Assembly (NCBI GenBank): GCA_041658585.1
Contig: JBAZZX010000005.1
Location: forward strand, 17,226 to 81,225
DNA from: Thermodesulfovibrionales bacterium
GTDB taxonomy: Bacteria > Nitrospirota > Thermodesulfovibrionia > Thermodesulfovibrionales > SM23-35
Length of the DNA stretch: 64,000 nucleotides
Direction: 5' to 3'
Shown here: positions 56,076 to 64,000 of the stretch, one piece after another
Layout of the letters: each line of letters begins with the position of its first letter
Position numbering within the stretch: position 1 is the first letter of the stretch
Position numbers and translations under genes: made by a program
The notes under the pieces: model-generated
Database searches by the model: none
What the model saw: only the letters and a program-made list of their open reading frames with translations
What the model was told of the DNA's origin: nothing

Positions 56076-57647
56076 CTAAAAAGAAAGATTGACTTCAAAG
56101 TACGGCCAATAGTCGTGCTGATATTTCGAGCTGCCCAAAATCGAGAAATTATCCCCGCTGTCCTTGTCATGCTTGGAATACAGAAAATCAATGTAACCAA
56201 GGCGGAACCTGACATTCGGTTTGAAATAATAGTCGTAGTAGATGTCCCACATTTGGGCGTTGAACGGATAAAAACCGACGGTATCCTTGCCATTGGGATT
56301 ATAGAAATTGTTTCCTGCAGGAGATGCCACGGTGCCTTTTCTCCTGAAGCCGCGATAGTTAAAAGGATTGATCCATGCATCACTTCCGTCAGTAAATTCA
56401 ACCGTCAACTGATGGTCGCGATTAATCAGATCTCCGGTATTGAACCCTGCAAACCACAGATGACCAGGGTATCCATTTTTGCCAACATCCTGTGAAGTTC
56501 CTGTCCCGCCGGGCTTGAAGCTATGGGCCGGGATGTCGAAATGGCTATAGTAATATGCTCCATACAACTGGAAACCCATGAGTTGTGTGTCGACATAGGC
56601 GCCTGTCAACAGATAACTCGTGTTGAGATCCGCCGGGGTGAGATAACCTACTTTTGAGGTATTGGGCATATGCCAGTCCTGCATGGTCAGTCCGTCCACG
56701 ATGATTTCCGTATCCTTGCCTATTTTAATCTGTGCCTGTGCAAGAAATGCATCGGCGTCCGCTTTTACCTCTTCATCATTTTTGTTGATCAGTTTATACT
56801 CATCATACTTGAGGTAGCCAAGGATAATACCTGTTTTGTCATTAACCTTTGCCTCATATGACTTGAGCGTCGGGGCTTTTCCAGGTTCGCTTTTCTGTCC
56901 CCATAATCTGGTTGATGTCCATGGGAGACTGATGTTGTCAAGAGGAGTTTCAGGGGCATTAATAGAAATCAATGTACCGTCAATCTCAGAGTCTATGAAC
57001 GGTCTCGGGAACAGTGTGCGCGCCTGCCGGTTCGGCGCTCCATCCATACCGGGGAGACGTCCGATATACCATTTGCCGTTGATCCAAGGCAAATTCATCG
57101 TCATATATGCCTGCTCAAACCTTGCATTCATATCATGTCCGATACTCGACTCAAACGAATTGGGTTTGTTAAAGGGATCGGTCGCAGATGTATCATACGC
57201 GCCCCAACGTTTGTTCATGGTAAGGCGGGCATAAAAATCAACCCAGTCCTGTACGACTTCGGCATGTGCATTTAACCTGATTCGCAGCGGGAAAGATGTC
57301 TTATCTCTGTATTCCACATCATCACCCGGCTGACCGGTACCATAAAACCCCTTGTCCGTCGAAGCATTATCCGTCATTATACGAAAACGCGCTTCACCGC
57401 CGAATTCGATACGGTCTTTCAAAGACTTCTTTGCTACCTTTTCCACCTTTTTCTCTGCTTCTGAAACTTTAGTCACCGTCTCAGCCTGCTTCTTCTCAAG
57501 GTCTTCTATTCTCTGAAGAAGTTTCTTTACCTCGCCCTTTAGCTGTTCCACGTCTTTTGAGGTATCAGCCGCAAGTACAGGCAAGACCGTCATATAAAAT
57601 AGAAAAATAAAAGCGAACAACAATACCCCTGCCTTTTTCATACCCAT
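56076..57647 (-). CDS. porin-like outer-membrane beta-barrel protein with N-terminal coiled coil (DUF3373-like)
   Basis: Signal peptide (VLPVLA/AD), ~60-aa heptad-rich segment, then alternating beta-strand pattern ending in an aromatic C-terminus (..FEVNLSF). Confidence 0.7.
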   Translation of the reverse strand: MGMKKAGVLLFAFIFLFYMTVLPVLAADTSKDVEQLKGEVKKLLQRIEDLEKKQAETVTKVSEAEKKVEKVAKKSLKDRIEFGGEARFRIMTDNASTDKGFYGTGQPGDDVEYRDKTSFPLRIRLNAHAEVVQDWVDFYARLTMNKRWGAYDTSATDPFNKPNSFESSIGHDMNARFEQAYMTMNLPWINGKWYIGRLPGMDGAPNRQARTLFPRPFIDSEIDGTLISINAPETPLDNISLPWTSTRLWGQKSEPGKAPTLKSYEAKVNDKTGIILGYLKYDEYKLINKNDEEVKADADAFLAQAQIKIGKDTEIIVDGLTMQDWHMPNTSKVGYLTPADLNTSYLLTGAYVDTQLMGFQLYGAYYYSHFDIPAHSFKPGGTGTSQDVGKNGYPGHLWFAGFNTGDLINRDHQLTVEFTDGSDAWINPFNYRGFRRKGTVASPAGNNFYNPNGKDTVGFYPFNAQMWDIYYDYYFKPNVRFRLGYIDFLYSKHDKDSGDNFSILGSSKYQHDYWPYFEVNLSF

Positions 57648-57784
57648 AACCTCCTTTTATATTTAGATGTTAATTGGTTGCCGGACGCAATATGTCTAAG
57701 CTATGCTTTAAAACGATCCATTATACAATAATTTTTGTCCTTATGTGCTTATTATTTCATGTCTTTATAATCTTTACTTAATAA

Positions 57785-57800
57785 AGCAAAGTCCATACCA
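57785..57800 (-). promoter_or_regulatory. candidate sigma-54 (-24/-12) promoter for the porin-like gene
   Basis: The minus strand reads TGGTATggactTTGCT (GG-N10-GC), 138 nt upstream of the start. An inverted repeat TTGCAAC-N5-GTTGCTA lies ~110 nt further upstream (57909-57927). Confidence 0.45.
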
Positions 57801-57946
57801 CTTGGCTAACCCGTTGATATAAATGAAAAATATTTTCGAGCATAGGAGATAATGCAACGATATAATGCGGCGATACAATGGATAGCTGGATTTATATGGA
57901 GAATATAATTGCAACTATTTGTTGCTATAATTATTTTTGTTGCTAC

Positions 57947-58978
57947 TCAATACCCGACACGAAGCCCGATATCCCCAAGCTGCTCGGGTAAAACTTTTTC
58001 TTCTGCAATTGTTTCATGAGGAGTTGAAACCTTAAGAGACCTGGCTACGCTGATAAAAATGCCTTCGCTATAAACAATGCCGATGTCCGCAATATAATCT
58101 TTGCCCGGACTGACGCTTATATACCCATCACCTATCCTGTCGTTCACAGCTATATCAATGCAGTTATTTGCATCCATAGAGTCGAAATCGATGCCTGTTA
58201 TATCATAGAGTCTTATTTTGAGGTCGCCCTGGAATATCTGAAGGGTATCTTCCCTGACTTCCCAAAAGGCAAAAAGTTTTGACGGATTCACAACCATTAG
58301 GGTAATGCCGTTTTCTCCGTATTCCGAAGGTAGAGATTCAAAGGGAATTGGAGGCCATTTTTCTGACGGAGCCGGTCGACATTCTTTGTTTTCTTTAATA
58401 TTTTCAGGTCCTTCAATTTCCGTTGTTTGCCTTATTTCCTTAACTATTTCTCCGGTTTTGCCTTTTCTTAATTCCCCGGCGCCTTTGAACTCCTTGATAA
58501 TGTCTTTCTCTTTTTTTGCTGTTTCAGCGGCAGATGTTTTTCTGACTTTTTCAGCAGTTCTCTTCACTAATTTCTTCCCGGTCTTTGTTTCCGCCTTCGA
58601 TGCAGCCTTCTCCTTTTTTACAACCTTTTCCCCCTTTACCGTTTCGGCTACTGCTTTTGAAGGTGTTTTCTTTTTAACCGCTTTTGGAAGGGTCTCCTTC
58701 TTTTTTATTACTACAATCTTTTTTGCGGGAGTTTTTTCCCCGGGACTAACTTTCTTAACAGTCTTCCCGACTTTTTCTTTTTCAACCTTTACAGGTTTTT
58801 TCACCATCTGAGCTTTGACTTTTTGGGGTGAAATCTTTTTCCCGGGGGCAGCCTTTTTTGTTTCTTTCTTTTTGCCGGCTGCTTTTGAAGGTTTACTAAG
58901 GCTTGCTTTAACTTTTTTTAACAGTTCCTCTTTTTTTGCTTTATCACTAACTTGTTTGGCAAGTACTTTCTTTTTCAT
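57947..58978 (-). CDS. lysine-rich protein with C-terminal DUF4912-like domain
   Basis: The N-terminal 200 aa are K/A/E/T-rich (histone H1-like KKxxK repeats). The C-terminal LMVVNPSKLFAFWEV...IRLYDITG... pattern is DUF4912-like by recollection. Confidence 0.65.
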   Translation of the reverse strand: MKKKVLAKQVSDKAKKEELLKKVKASLSKPSKAAGKKKETKKAAPGKKISPQKVKAQMVKKPVKVEKEKVGKTVKKVSPGEKTPAKKIVVIKKKETLPKAVKKKTPSKAVAETVKGEKVVKKEKAASKAETKTGKKLVKRTAEKVRKTSAAETAKKEKDIIKEFKGAGELRKGKTGEIVKEIRQTTEIEGPENIKENKECRPAPSEKWPPIPFESLPSEYGENGITLMVVNPSKLFAFWEVREDTLQIFQGDLKIRLYDITGIDFDSMDANNCIDIAVNDRIGDGYISVSPGKDYIADIGIVYSEGIFISVARSLKVSTPHETIAEEKVLPEQLGDIGLRVGY

Positions 58979-59076
58979 AACCCCTCCTCATGAGGTATTG
59001 GCTATATTGTAGCAGAATTTCAAAATTTTGCATTCACCTGAATATTGTGAAACAAGTTTTCAATTTGACAGGCAGA

Positions 59077-59283
59077 GCGGATGGCTAACCCGGATTATTC
59101 ATAAAATTGGTAACAGCAACTGAGGATAGAGTATTTGAGCGGTTTTTTTTGCCGATAGTCAAATAAGGTATTTGAAAATAAAGAGGCAAAAGCCTCGCAG
59201 GGAGGAACGACCGAGAATGAGCGAAAATACTCTTTCCTCAGTTCAATCAGAAAAATTATGAATAATCCGGGTTAGCCATCCGC
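59077..59283 (+). repeat. MITE-like palindromic element, family 1, copy B (perfect 28-bp terminal inverted repeats; lacks the 29-nt internal hairpin)
   Basis: GCGGATGGCTAACCCGGATTATTCATAA at 59077-59104 and its exact reverse complement at 59256-59283. Confidence 0.9.
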
Positions 59284-59294
59284 AGTTTTTTGGG

Positions 59295-61937
59295 TTAATG
59301 CGCTTCCGCCCAGTTTTTGCCGTGATGAATGTCCACCCTGAGAGGAACTGAGAGCGTAAGAACTCCTTCCATCTCTTTCCTGACGAGTTCCATCATGACT
59401 TCGAGCTCCTCCGGCAGTACCTCAAAGAGAAGTTCGTCATGGACCTGCAGGATCATCCTCGACCTCAAGCCTTTTTCGGTCAATGCCTTCCATATACGGA
59501 CCATCGCTATCTTGATTATATCCGCCGCCGCCCCCTGTATAGGGGAATTCACTGCAAGCCGCTCGCCCTGCTGTCTGACGTTTGTGTTTTTGCTATGTAT
59601 CTCCGGCACGGCGCGTTTCCTCCCGAAAAGTGTTGTGACATATCCGTTGCATCTTGCGTCGTCTATACATTTATCTATATATGATTTCACACCCGGATGT
59701 CTCTCGAAATACTGTTCGATGTACTGTTTTGCATCCTCTCTCGATATGCTGAGAGCTTCAGAAAGTCCGAACGGTGATATGCCGTAAATAACTCCGAAAT
59801 TGACCGTCTTTGCGATACGCCTTGCATCAATAGAAACCTTATCAAGCGAAATACCGAATATCTCCGACGCAGTCCGGGAATGGATATCAATGTTACTATT
59901 GAAAGCGTTGATAAGCCCTTCGTCCCCGCTCAAATGGGCAAGAATTCTTAACTCGACTTGCGAATAGTCTGCTGAAAGAAGGAGGTTGGTTCCCTCCGTT
60001 ATAAATGCTTCTCTGATACGCCGCCCCCATTCTCCCTTTATCGGAATGTTCTGGAGATTAGGCTCACTGCTGCTCAGCCTTCCGGTGGCGGTGGCAGCCT
60101 GATTGAAGGAAGTGTGAATGCGTCCCGTTTCCGGATTTATAAGCGTCGGGAGCACATCTATATATGTGGTTTTCAGTTTGTTCAGACTGCGGTAGTTCAG
60201 TATCTCTCCCGGCAGATCATGGTATTGTGCGAGTTCTTCAAGTACGCTCACATCCGTTGAAAACCCGGTCTTTTTCTTCTTACCCGGCTGCAGACCGAGA
60301 TTTTGAAAAAGAATCGTGCCAAGCTGTTTCGGGGAATTGATATTGAATTCTTCTCCGGCGAGAAAGTAGATCCTCCTCGTGAGCGAGTCAAGTTCCCTTT
60401 CCAGCTCTTTTGAAATCCCCCCGAGCTTACCGGTATCGATCTTCACTCCCGCAGTTTCCATATCGGCAAGCACATGGATGAGAGGCATCTCTATATTGTT
60501 ATACAGGTTTTCAAGACCGTTCTCCTTCAGTATGCCGAACAGCGCCTCTCTCAGTTCAAGGCTCATCGAAGCGTCCCTGCAGGCATAGGGGGCCGCGTCC
60601 TCCAGCGGCACATCCGCAAAAGAGGCTTTTTTGCCGAGGACTTCCATGAAAGTCTTTTTCCTGTATGAAAGGTATTCAAAGGCAACTTCTTCAAGGCTGT
60701 GGTTAGGTTTGTTCGGATTAATGAGGTAAGATGCAATCATGGTGTCAAAAAGCCTTCCTGTGACAGATATGCCTTCCTTCTTCAGCATCATGATATCGTA
60801 TTTGAGATTGTGCCCGATCTTGGCAATATGTTCATCTCCAAATATTCCGTGAAGCTTTTCAAGCGCCTCTCTTTTGTCTATTTGTAAAGGCGCGCCGGGA
60901 TAGGAATGGGCAACAGGGATATAGAAGGCATGTCCTTTTTCAATGCTTATCGAAAGACCTACCATCTGCGCCGTTACGGGATTTCTTCCGGTTGACTCAA
61001 TATCAAAAGACACTTCGTCTTCTATCTTTGTGATTATCTCCAGCAATCGCGCATTAGAGAGCACGGTTTCACAACTCATGTCGGTCGGCGCAGAGGACGG
61101 GATCAGTTTCAAGAAACTCCCGAATTCAAGCTCTTTGCATAAAGAAAGCAGCGACATCCAGTCAGGGTCTTTTATAAGGTATTCTTTAAGATTAAAATCA
61201 AGGGGCACTGACGTATCGAGTATTGCAAGCTTCATGCTTAATCTCGCAATGTCCGCGTTTTCCGACACAAGGGCCCTCAGTTTTTCTTTTCTGATCCTGC
61301 CGGCATTATTCAGCAGTTCGTCCAGGCTTGAGAATTCCGTAAGCAGTTCCCGTGCCGTTTTTTCGCCGATCCCCCTGATCCCCGGAATATTGTCCACGGC
61401 ATCGCCTGTAAGCGCCATGTATTCCGGGATCCTCGCCGGTCCGACTCCGTATTTCTCCCTGACATATGCTTCATCAAATACCTTGTCCTTCATCGGGTCG
61501 TACACTTTTATCCGGTCGTCGACAGTCTGAAGCATGTCCTTGTCGCCGGTTACGATATAGACGTCCGCCCCATGGGACGCCGCCTGTTTTGCAAGGGTAC
61601 CGAGAATATCATCCGCTTCATAACCTGGAATTTCAAATACCTTTATATTCAGGGCTGCAACCATTTTTCTGATATAGGGGAGCTGTTGGATAAGGTCTCC
61701 GGGAGTTTCAGGCCTTTGGGCTTTATACGCTTCAAATATCCTGTGTCTTTCCGTCGGCACTGGAGAGTCAAAGGATACGATAATGCCGTCGGGTTTCTTT
61801 TCCCTGATGATCTTGAGGAGCATATTGGTGAACCCGTAGATCGCATTCGTCGGAAAGCCCTTCGAGTTTGTGAGTCCCCTTATGGCATAGTATGCCCGAT
61901 AGACATAGGAGTTGCCATCTATAAGGTAAAGGTTCAC
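59295..61937 (-). CDS. polA: DNA polymerase I
   Basis: 5'-nuclease, 3'-5' exonuclease and polymerase domains are all recognisable (..DYSQVELRILAHLSGD.., QVHDELLFEV, C-terminal ..NWAEAH). Confidence 0.97.
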   Translation of the reverse strand: MNLYLIDGNSYVYRAYYAIRGLTNSKGFPTNAIYGFTNMLLKIIREKKPDGIIVSFDSPVPTERHRIFEAYKAQRPETPGDLIQQLPYIRKMVAALNIKVFEIPGYEADDILGTLAKQAASHGADVYIVTGDKDMLQTVDDRIKVYDPMKDKVFDEAYVREKYGVGPARIPEYMALTGDAVDNIPGIRGIGEKTARELLTEFSSLDELLNNAGRIRKEKLRALVSENADIARLSMKLAILDTSVPLDFNLKEYLIKDPDWMSLLSLCKELEFGSFLKLIPSSAPTDMSCETVLSNARLLEIITKIEDEVSFDIESTGRNPVTAQMVGLSISIEKGHAFYIPVAHSYPGAPLQIDKREALEKLHGIFGDEHIAKIGHNLKYDIMMLKKEGISVTGRLFDTMIASYLINPNKPNHSLEEVAFEYLSYRKKTFMEVLGKKASFADVPLEDAAPYACRDASMSLELREALFGILKENGLENLYNNIEMPLIHVLADMETAGVKIDTGKLGGISKELERELDSLTRRIYFLAGEEFNINSPKQLGTILFQNLGLQPGKKKKTGFSTDVSVLEELAQYHDLPGEILNYRSLNKLKTTYIDVLPTLINPETGRIHTSFNQAATATGRLSSSEPNLQNIPIKGEWGRRIREAFITEGTNLLLSADYSQVELRILAHLSGDEGLINAFNSNIDIHSRTASEIFGISLDKVSIDARRIAKTVNFGVIYGISPFGLSEALSISREDAKQYIEQYFERHPGVKSYIDKCIDDARCNGYVTTLFGRKRAVPEIHSKNTNVRQQGERLAVNSPIQGAAADIIKIAMVRIWKALTEKGLRSRMILQVHDELLFEVLPEELEVMMELVRKEMEGVLTLSVPLRVDIHHGKNWAEAH

Positions 61938-62102
61938 AGAAGATTATACCTTATAGTGCGGCTTTTTGTAGCGCCGGAGGATGGTGAAGGTATCATAGAC
62001 GACAGACGGTATCGGCAGGAATGTTCTCTCAAAAACCGGAACGAAAAAAACCTGAATCTGACAGATTATCTACCCGCAGTTTTCGGGTTAAGCGTAATTG
62101 AC

Positions 62103-62513
62103 TTAGCTCGCCCTTTTGTCTTGCGTACATACATATTTCCTGCATCTTATGGGCCGTTTGTCATGGATGCCGCACTTGAATGTTGCGCGCTCAAGGTAAG
62201 GGCAGTAGCCATCCGCATCCTTCGCCATATAGTAAGGCCGTTCGGTATTATATTTGTAAAAGCCTTTTTTCACTTCCTCCTGAGTGAGGGCGAAGACATA
62301 GGTGCAGCAGTTCGCCCTGCATGACGCGGTTTTCGCGGCGCAATCCACGAACGACTCCGGCTCTGTTTCATCCTCGAGCCCATACACCTTACCGTCGATC
62401 AGCACTAACCTATCGAGCGCAACAGAGAGAATTTTCGATCTCTCTTCCCCGGAGAAAGGGAGCGGTTCGGGTTTGCCGCCCGGGTGCTTTCCGTTTTTAT
62501 TGTCCCGGTCCAT
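62103..62513 (-). CDS. YkgJ-family Cys-cluster (zinc/iron-chelating) protein
   Basis: C..C..CC pattern (CRANCCTYVF) plus C-terminal CPYL...CGIH..RPIRCRKY. Confidence 0.6.
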   Translation of the reverse strand: MDRDNKNGKHPGGKPEPLPFSGEERSKILSVALDRLVLIDGKVYGLEDETEPESFVDCAAKTASCRANCCTYVFALTQEEVKKGFYKYNTERPYYMAKDADGYCPYLERATFKCGIHDKRPIRCRKYVCTQDKRAS

Positions 62514-62533
62514 AAATTTATGGGAATGCCTTG

Positions 62534-63256
62534 TTAAAAGTTCCCGCGCGATAGGCCGCGGATGATACGTATGGCATCCTCAACCGTGTTTGCTCCGTGG
62601 ATCAAATCCATATCCTCGTTGCTGATAGTGCCCTCGGCCAGCAGTGTTTCGCTCATGAAACGACGGAGATGGTCCCAGAAGTCCCTTACCATACCTACGA
62701 CCGGGAAGCGTTCAAGCTTTCCGGTCTGGGCGAGTGTGATTACCTCGAAAGCCTCATCGAGCGTACCAAAACCGCCTGGCATTACGACAAAAGCCGTGGA
62801 GTATTTCACAAGCATTACCTTGCGCACAAAAAAGTGCTCGAATTCGATGAACTTATCGAGATAAGGATTTGGTTTCTGCTCAAAAGGAAGTTTGATATTG
62901 CAGCCAAGGCTCAAACCCCCGCCTTCCTTAGCGCCCCGGTTTGCGGCCTCCATGATCCCCGGGCCGCCTCCGGTCATGACTGCATAGCCTGCATTGGCCA
63001 GCGCGCGTCCAAGCTCGCGGGCCAGTTCGTAGTAGCGATGCCGTTCCTGAAATCGGGCCGATCCGAAAACCGTGACGCACGGACCTTCAAAATCAAAACT
63101 CTCGAAGCCATGCAGGAACTCAAGAAAGAACCTTACGGCGCTCTCGAGATCTTCGCCGCGTTTTCTGCGGCCCGAGAGAAAGAGCTTCTCTGCGCCCACA
63201 ACCTGACCGAGCAGCGAAGAAGACTGTAGCATATCCGACAACCCTTTGTTATTCAT
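62534..63256 (-). CDS. LOG-family (TIGR00730) Rossmann-fold nucleotide-binding protein
   Basis: VMTGGGPGIMEAANRGA and PGGFGTLDE motifs. Confidence 0.85.
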   Translation of the reverse strand: MNNKGLSDMLQSSSLLGQVVGAEKLFLSGRRKRGEDLESAVRFFLEFLHGFESFDFEGPCVTVFGSARFQERHRYYELARELGRALANAGYAVMTGGGPGIMEAANRGAKEGGGLSLGCNIKLPFEQKPNPYLDKFIEFEHFFVRKVMLVKYSTAFVVMPGGFGTLDEAFEVITLAQTGKLERFPVVGMVRDFWDHLRRFMSETLLAEGTISNEDMDLIHGANTVEDAIRIIRGLSRGNF

Positions 63257-63460
63257 AGCGTACTCCTTCCGAGGTAATGTATTCTATTGATGCCCATGCC
63301 TCTATTATAATGCAGCGGACCCAAAACGGCTTTACAAATATTTCGCGCTTTTTGCCGCCGACCCCGGTATCAAGTACTCTCTGACTATGGCTGACGGCGG
63401 TTATCACCTGACCCGATTATAACTTCTCCGATTTATGATAAAATGTTTAATCGCTGAATT

Positions 63461-63680
63461 TTAACCTGTATTATTAATAAAATTGGTAACAGCAACTGAG
63501 GATAGAGTATTTGAGCGGTTTTTTTTGCCTATAGTCAAATACGGTATGTGAAAATAAAGAGGCAAAAGCCTCGCAGGGAGGAACGACCGAGAATGTCCGC
63601 CTCAGGCGGATTCGCCGAGGAGAAAGCGAAAATACTCTATCCTCGGTTTAATTAGAAATATTTGTGAATAATCCGGGTTA
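63461..63680 (+). repeat. MITE-like palindromic element, family 1, copy C
   Basis: Aligns with copy B and with the reverse complement of copy A. Carries the 29-nt insert tccgcctcaggcggattcgccgaggagaa (63596-63624). Ends 10 nt before the cobA start. Confidence 0.85.
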
Positions 63681-63690
63681 TGAAGGGGTT

Positions 63691-64000
63691 ATGAAAAAAG
63701 GTAAGGTTTTTTTAGTCGGTGCGGGGCCCGGAGATATCGGGCTTTTGACGGTTAAAGGTATGAAATGCCTTCAGAGGGCTGATGTAGTGGTTTACGATTT
63801 TCATCTGAATGCCCAGGTGCTGAACTACATCAACCACAATGCAGAGTTTATTTATGCAGGCAAGCGCGGCGGTCATCACAACATGACACAGGACGAGATC
63901 AACAGAACGCTTGTCCTCAAGGCAAAGGAAGGCAAGGTTATTTGCAGGCTGAAAGGCGGCGACCCCTTTGTTTTCGGACGTGGCGGAGAAGAGGCGGAGG
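63691..64000 (+). CDS. cobA: uroporphyrinogen-III C-methyltransferase (5' part, runs off the window)
   Basis: [18 protein letters not shown] ... [16 protein letters not shown] motifs. No stop codon before the window end. Confidence 0.85.
   Translation, partial: MKKGKVFLVGAGPGDIGLLTVKGMKCLQRADVVVYDFHLNAQVLNYINHNAEFIYAGKRGGHHNMTQDEINRTLVLKAKEGKVICRLKGGDPFVFGRGGEEAE

Noticed and set aside
58305-59012. Sense-strand ORFs (168 aa, 65 aa) opposite the Lys-rich gene
   Set aside because: They are products of the low-complexity AAG/AAA-rich coding strand read in reverse (Phe/Ser-rich nonsense).

Overview
This 64-kb window looks like it comes from a diderm, sigma-54-using bacterium (LptE, BamD, a porin-like OMP and an NtrC-type activator are present). 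The phylum cannot be fixed from sequence alone.

Roughly two thirds is ordinary core genome:
- rsmG, rho, sufC plus a sufB/D-family gene, leuS-lptE-holA and rpsT
- a LonC-like protease, a DEAD-box helicase, maf, ftsH, rph, murI, an amidase, bamD, mscL, pilT and polA
- split siroheme genes (precorrin-2 dehydrogenase at 45.9 kb, cobA at the right edge)
- a dense two-component / sigma-54 / c-di-GMP signalling block at 27.9-39.0 kb
- a 1464-aa multidomain surface protein

Accessory content sits in three patches.
(i) 0.3-1.1 kb holds decayed restriction-helicase and higA-like fragments.
(ii) 17.8-23.5 kb is the most interesting region.
- Two 193-bp direct repeats each carry the last 33 codons of an IntI-type tyrosine recombinase joined to a perfect TTGACA-N17-TATAAT promoter.
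- The repeats bracket a 2.9-kb module: a membrane-anchored HTH protein, a lipoprotein, and a RAYT/IS200-like Y1 transposase with its own inverted repeats.
- Four co-oriented toxin-antitoxin modules follow (brnTA, parD-like plus relE stub, hicB plus nonsense-mutated hicA, vapBC). Bulged attC-like hairpins follow the brnA and hicA stop codons.
- I read this as a decayed integron-like cassette array.
(iii) 51.8-55.5 kb is an islet next to tRNA-Thr(CGU) with a PIN/AbrB pair, a class-II Fic protein and a HicA / MerR-HicB pair.

Two families of ~200-bp MITE-like palindromic elements (3 + 2 copies) share a terminal sequence module and lie in intergenic regions. I saw no rRNA, CRISPR array, reverse transcriptase or cas gene. 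All family assignments rest on motif recognition by eye, not on database searches.
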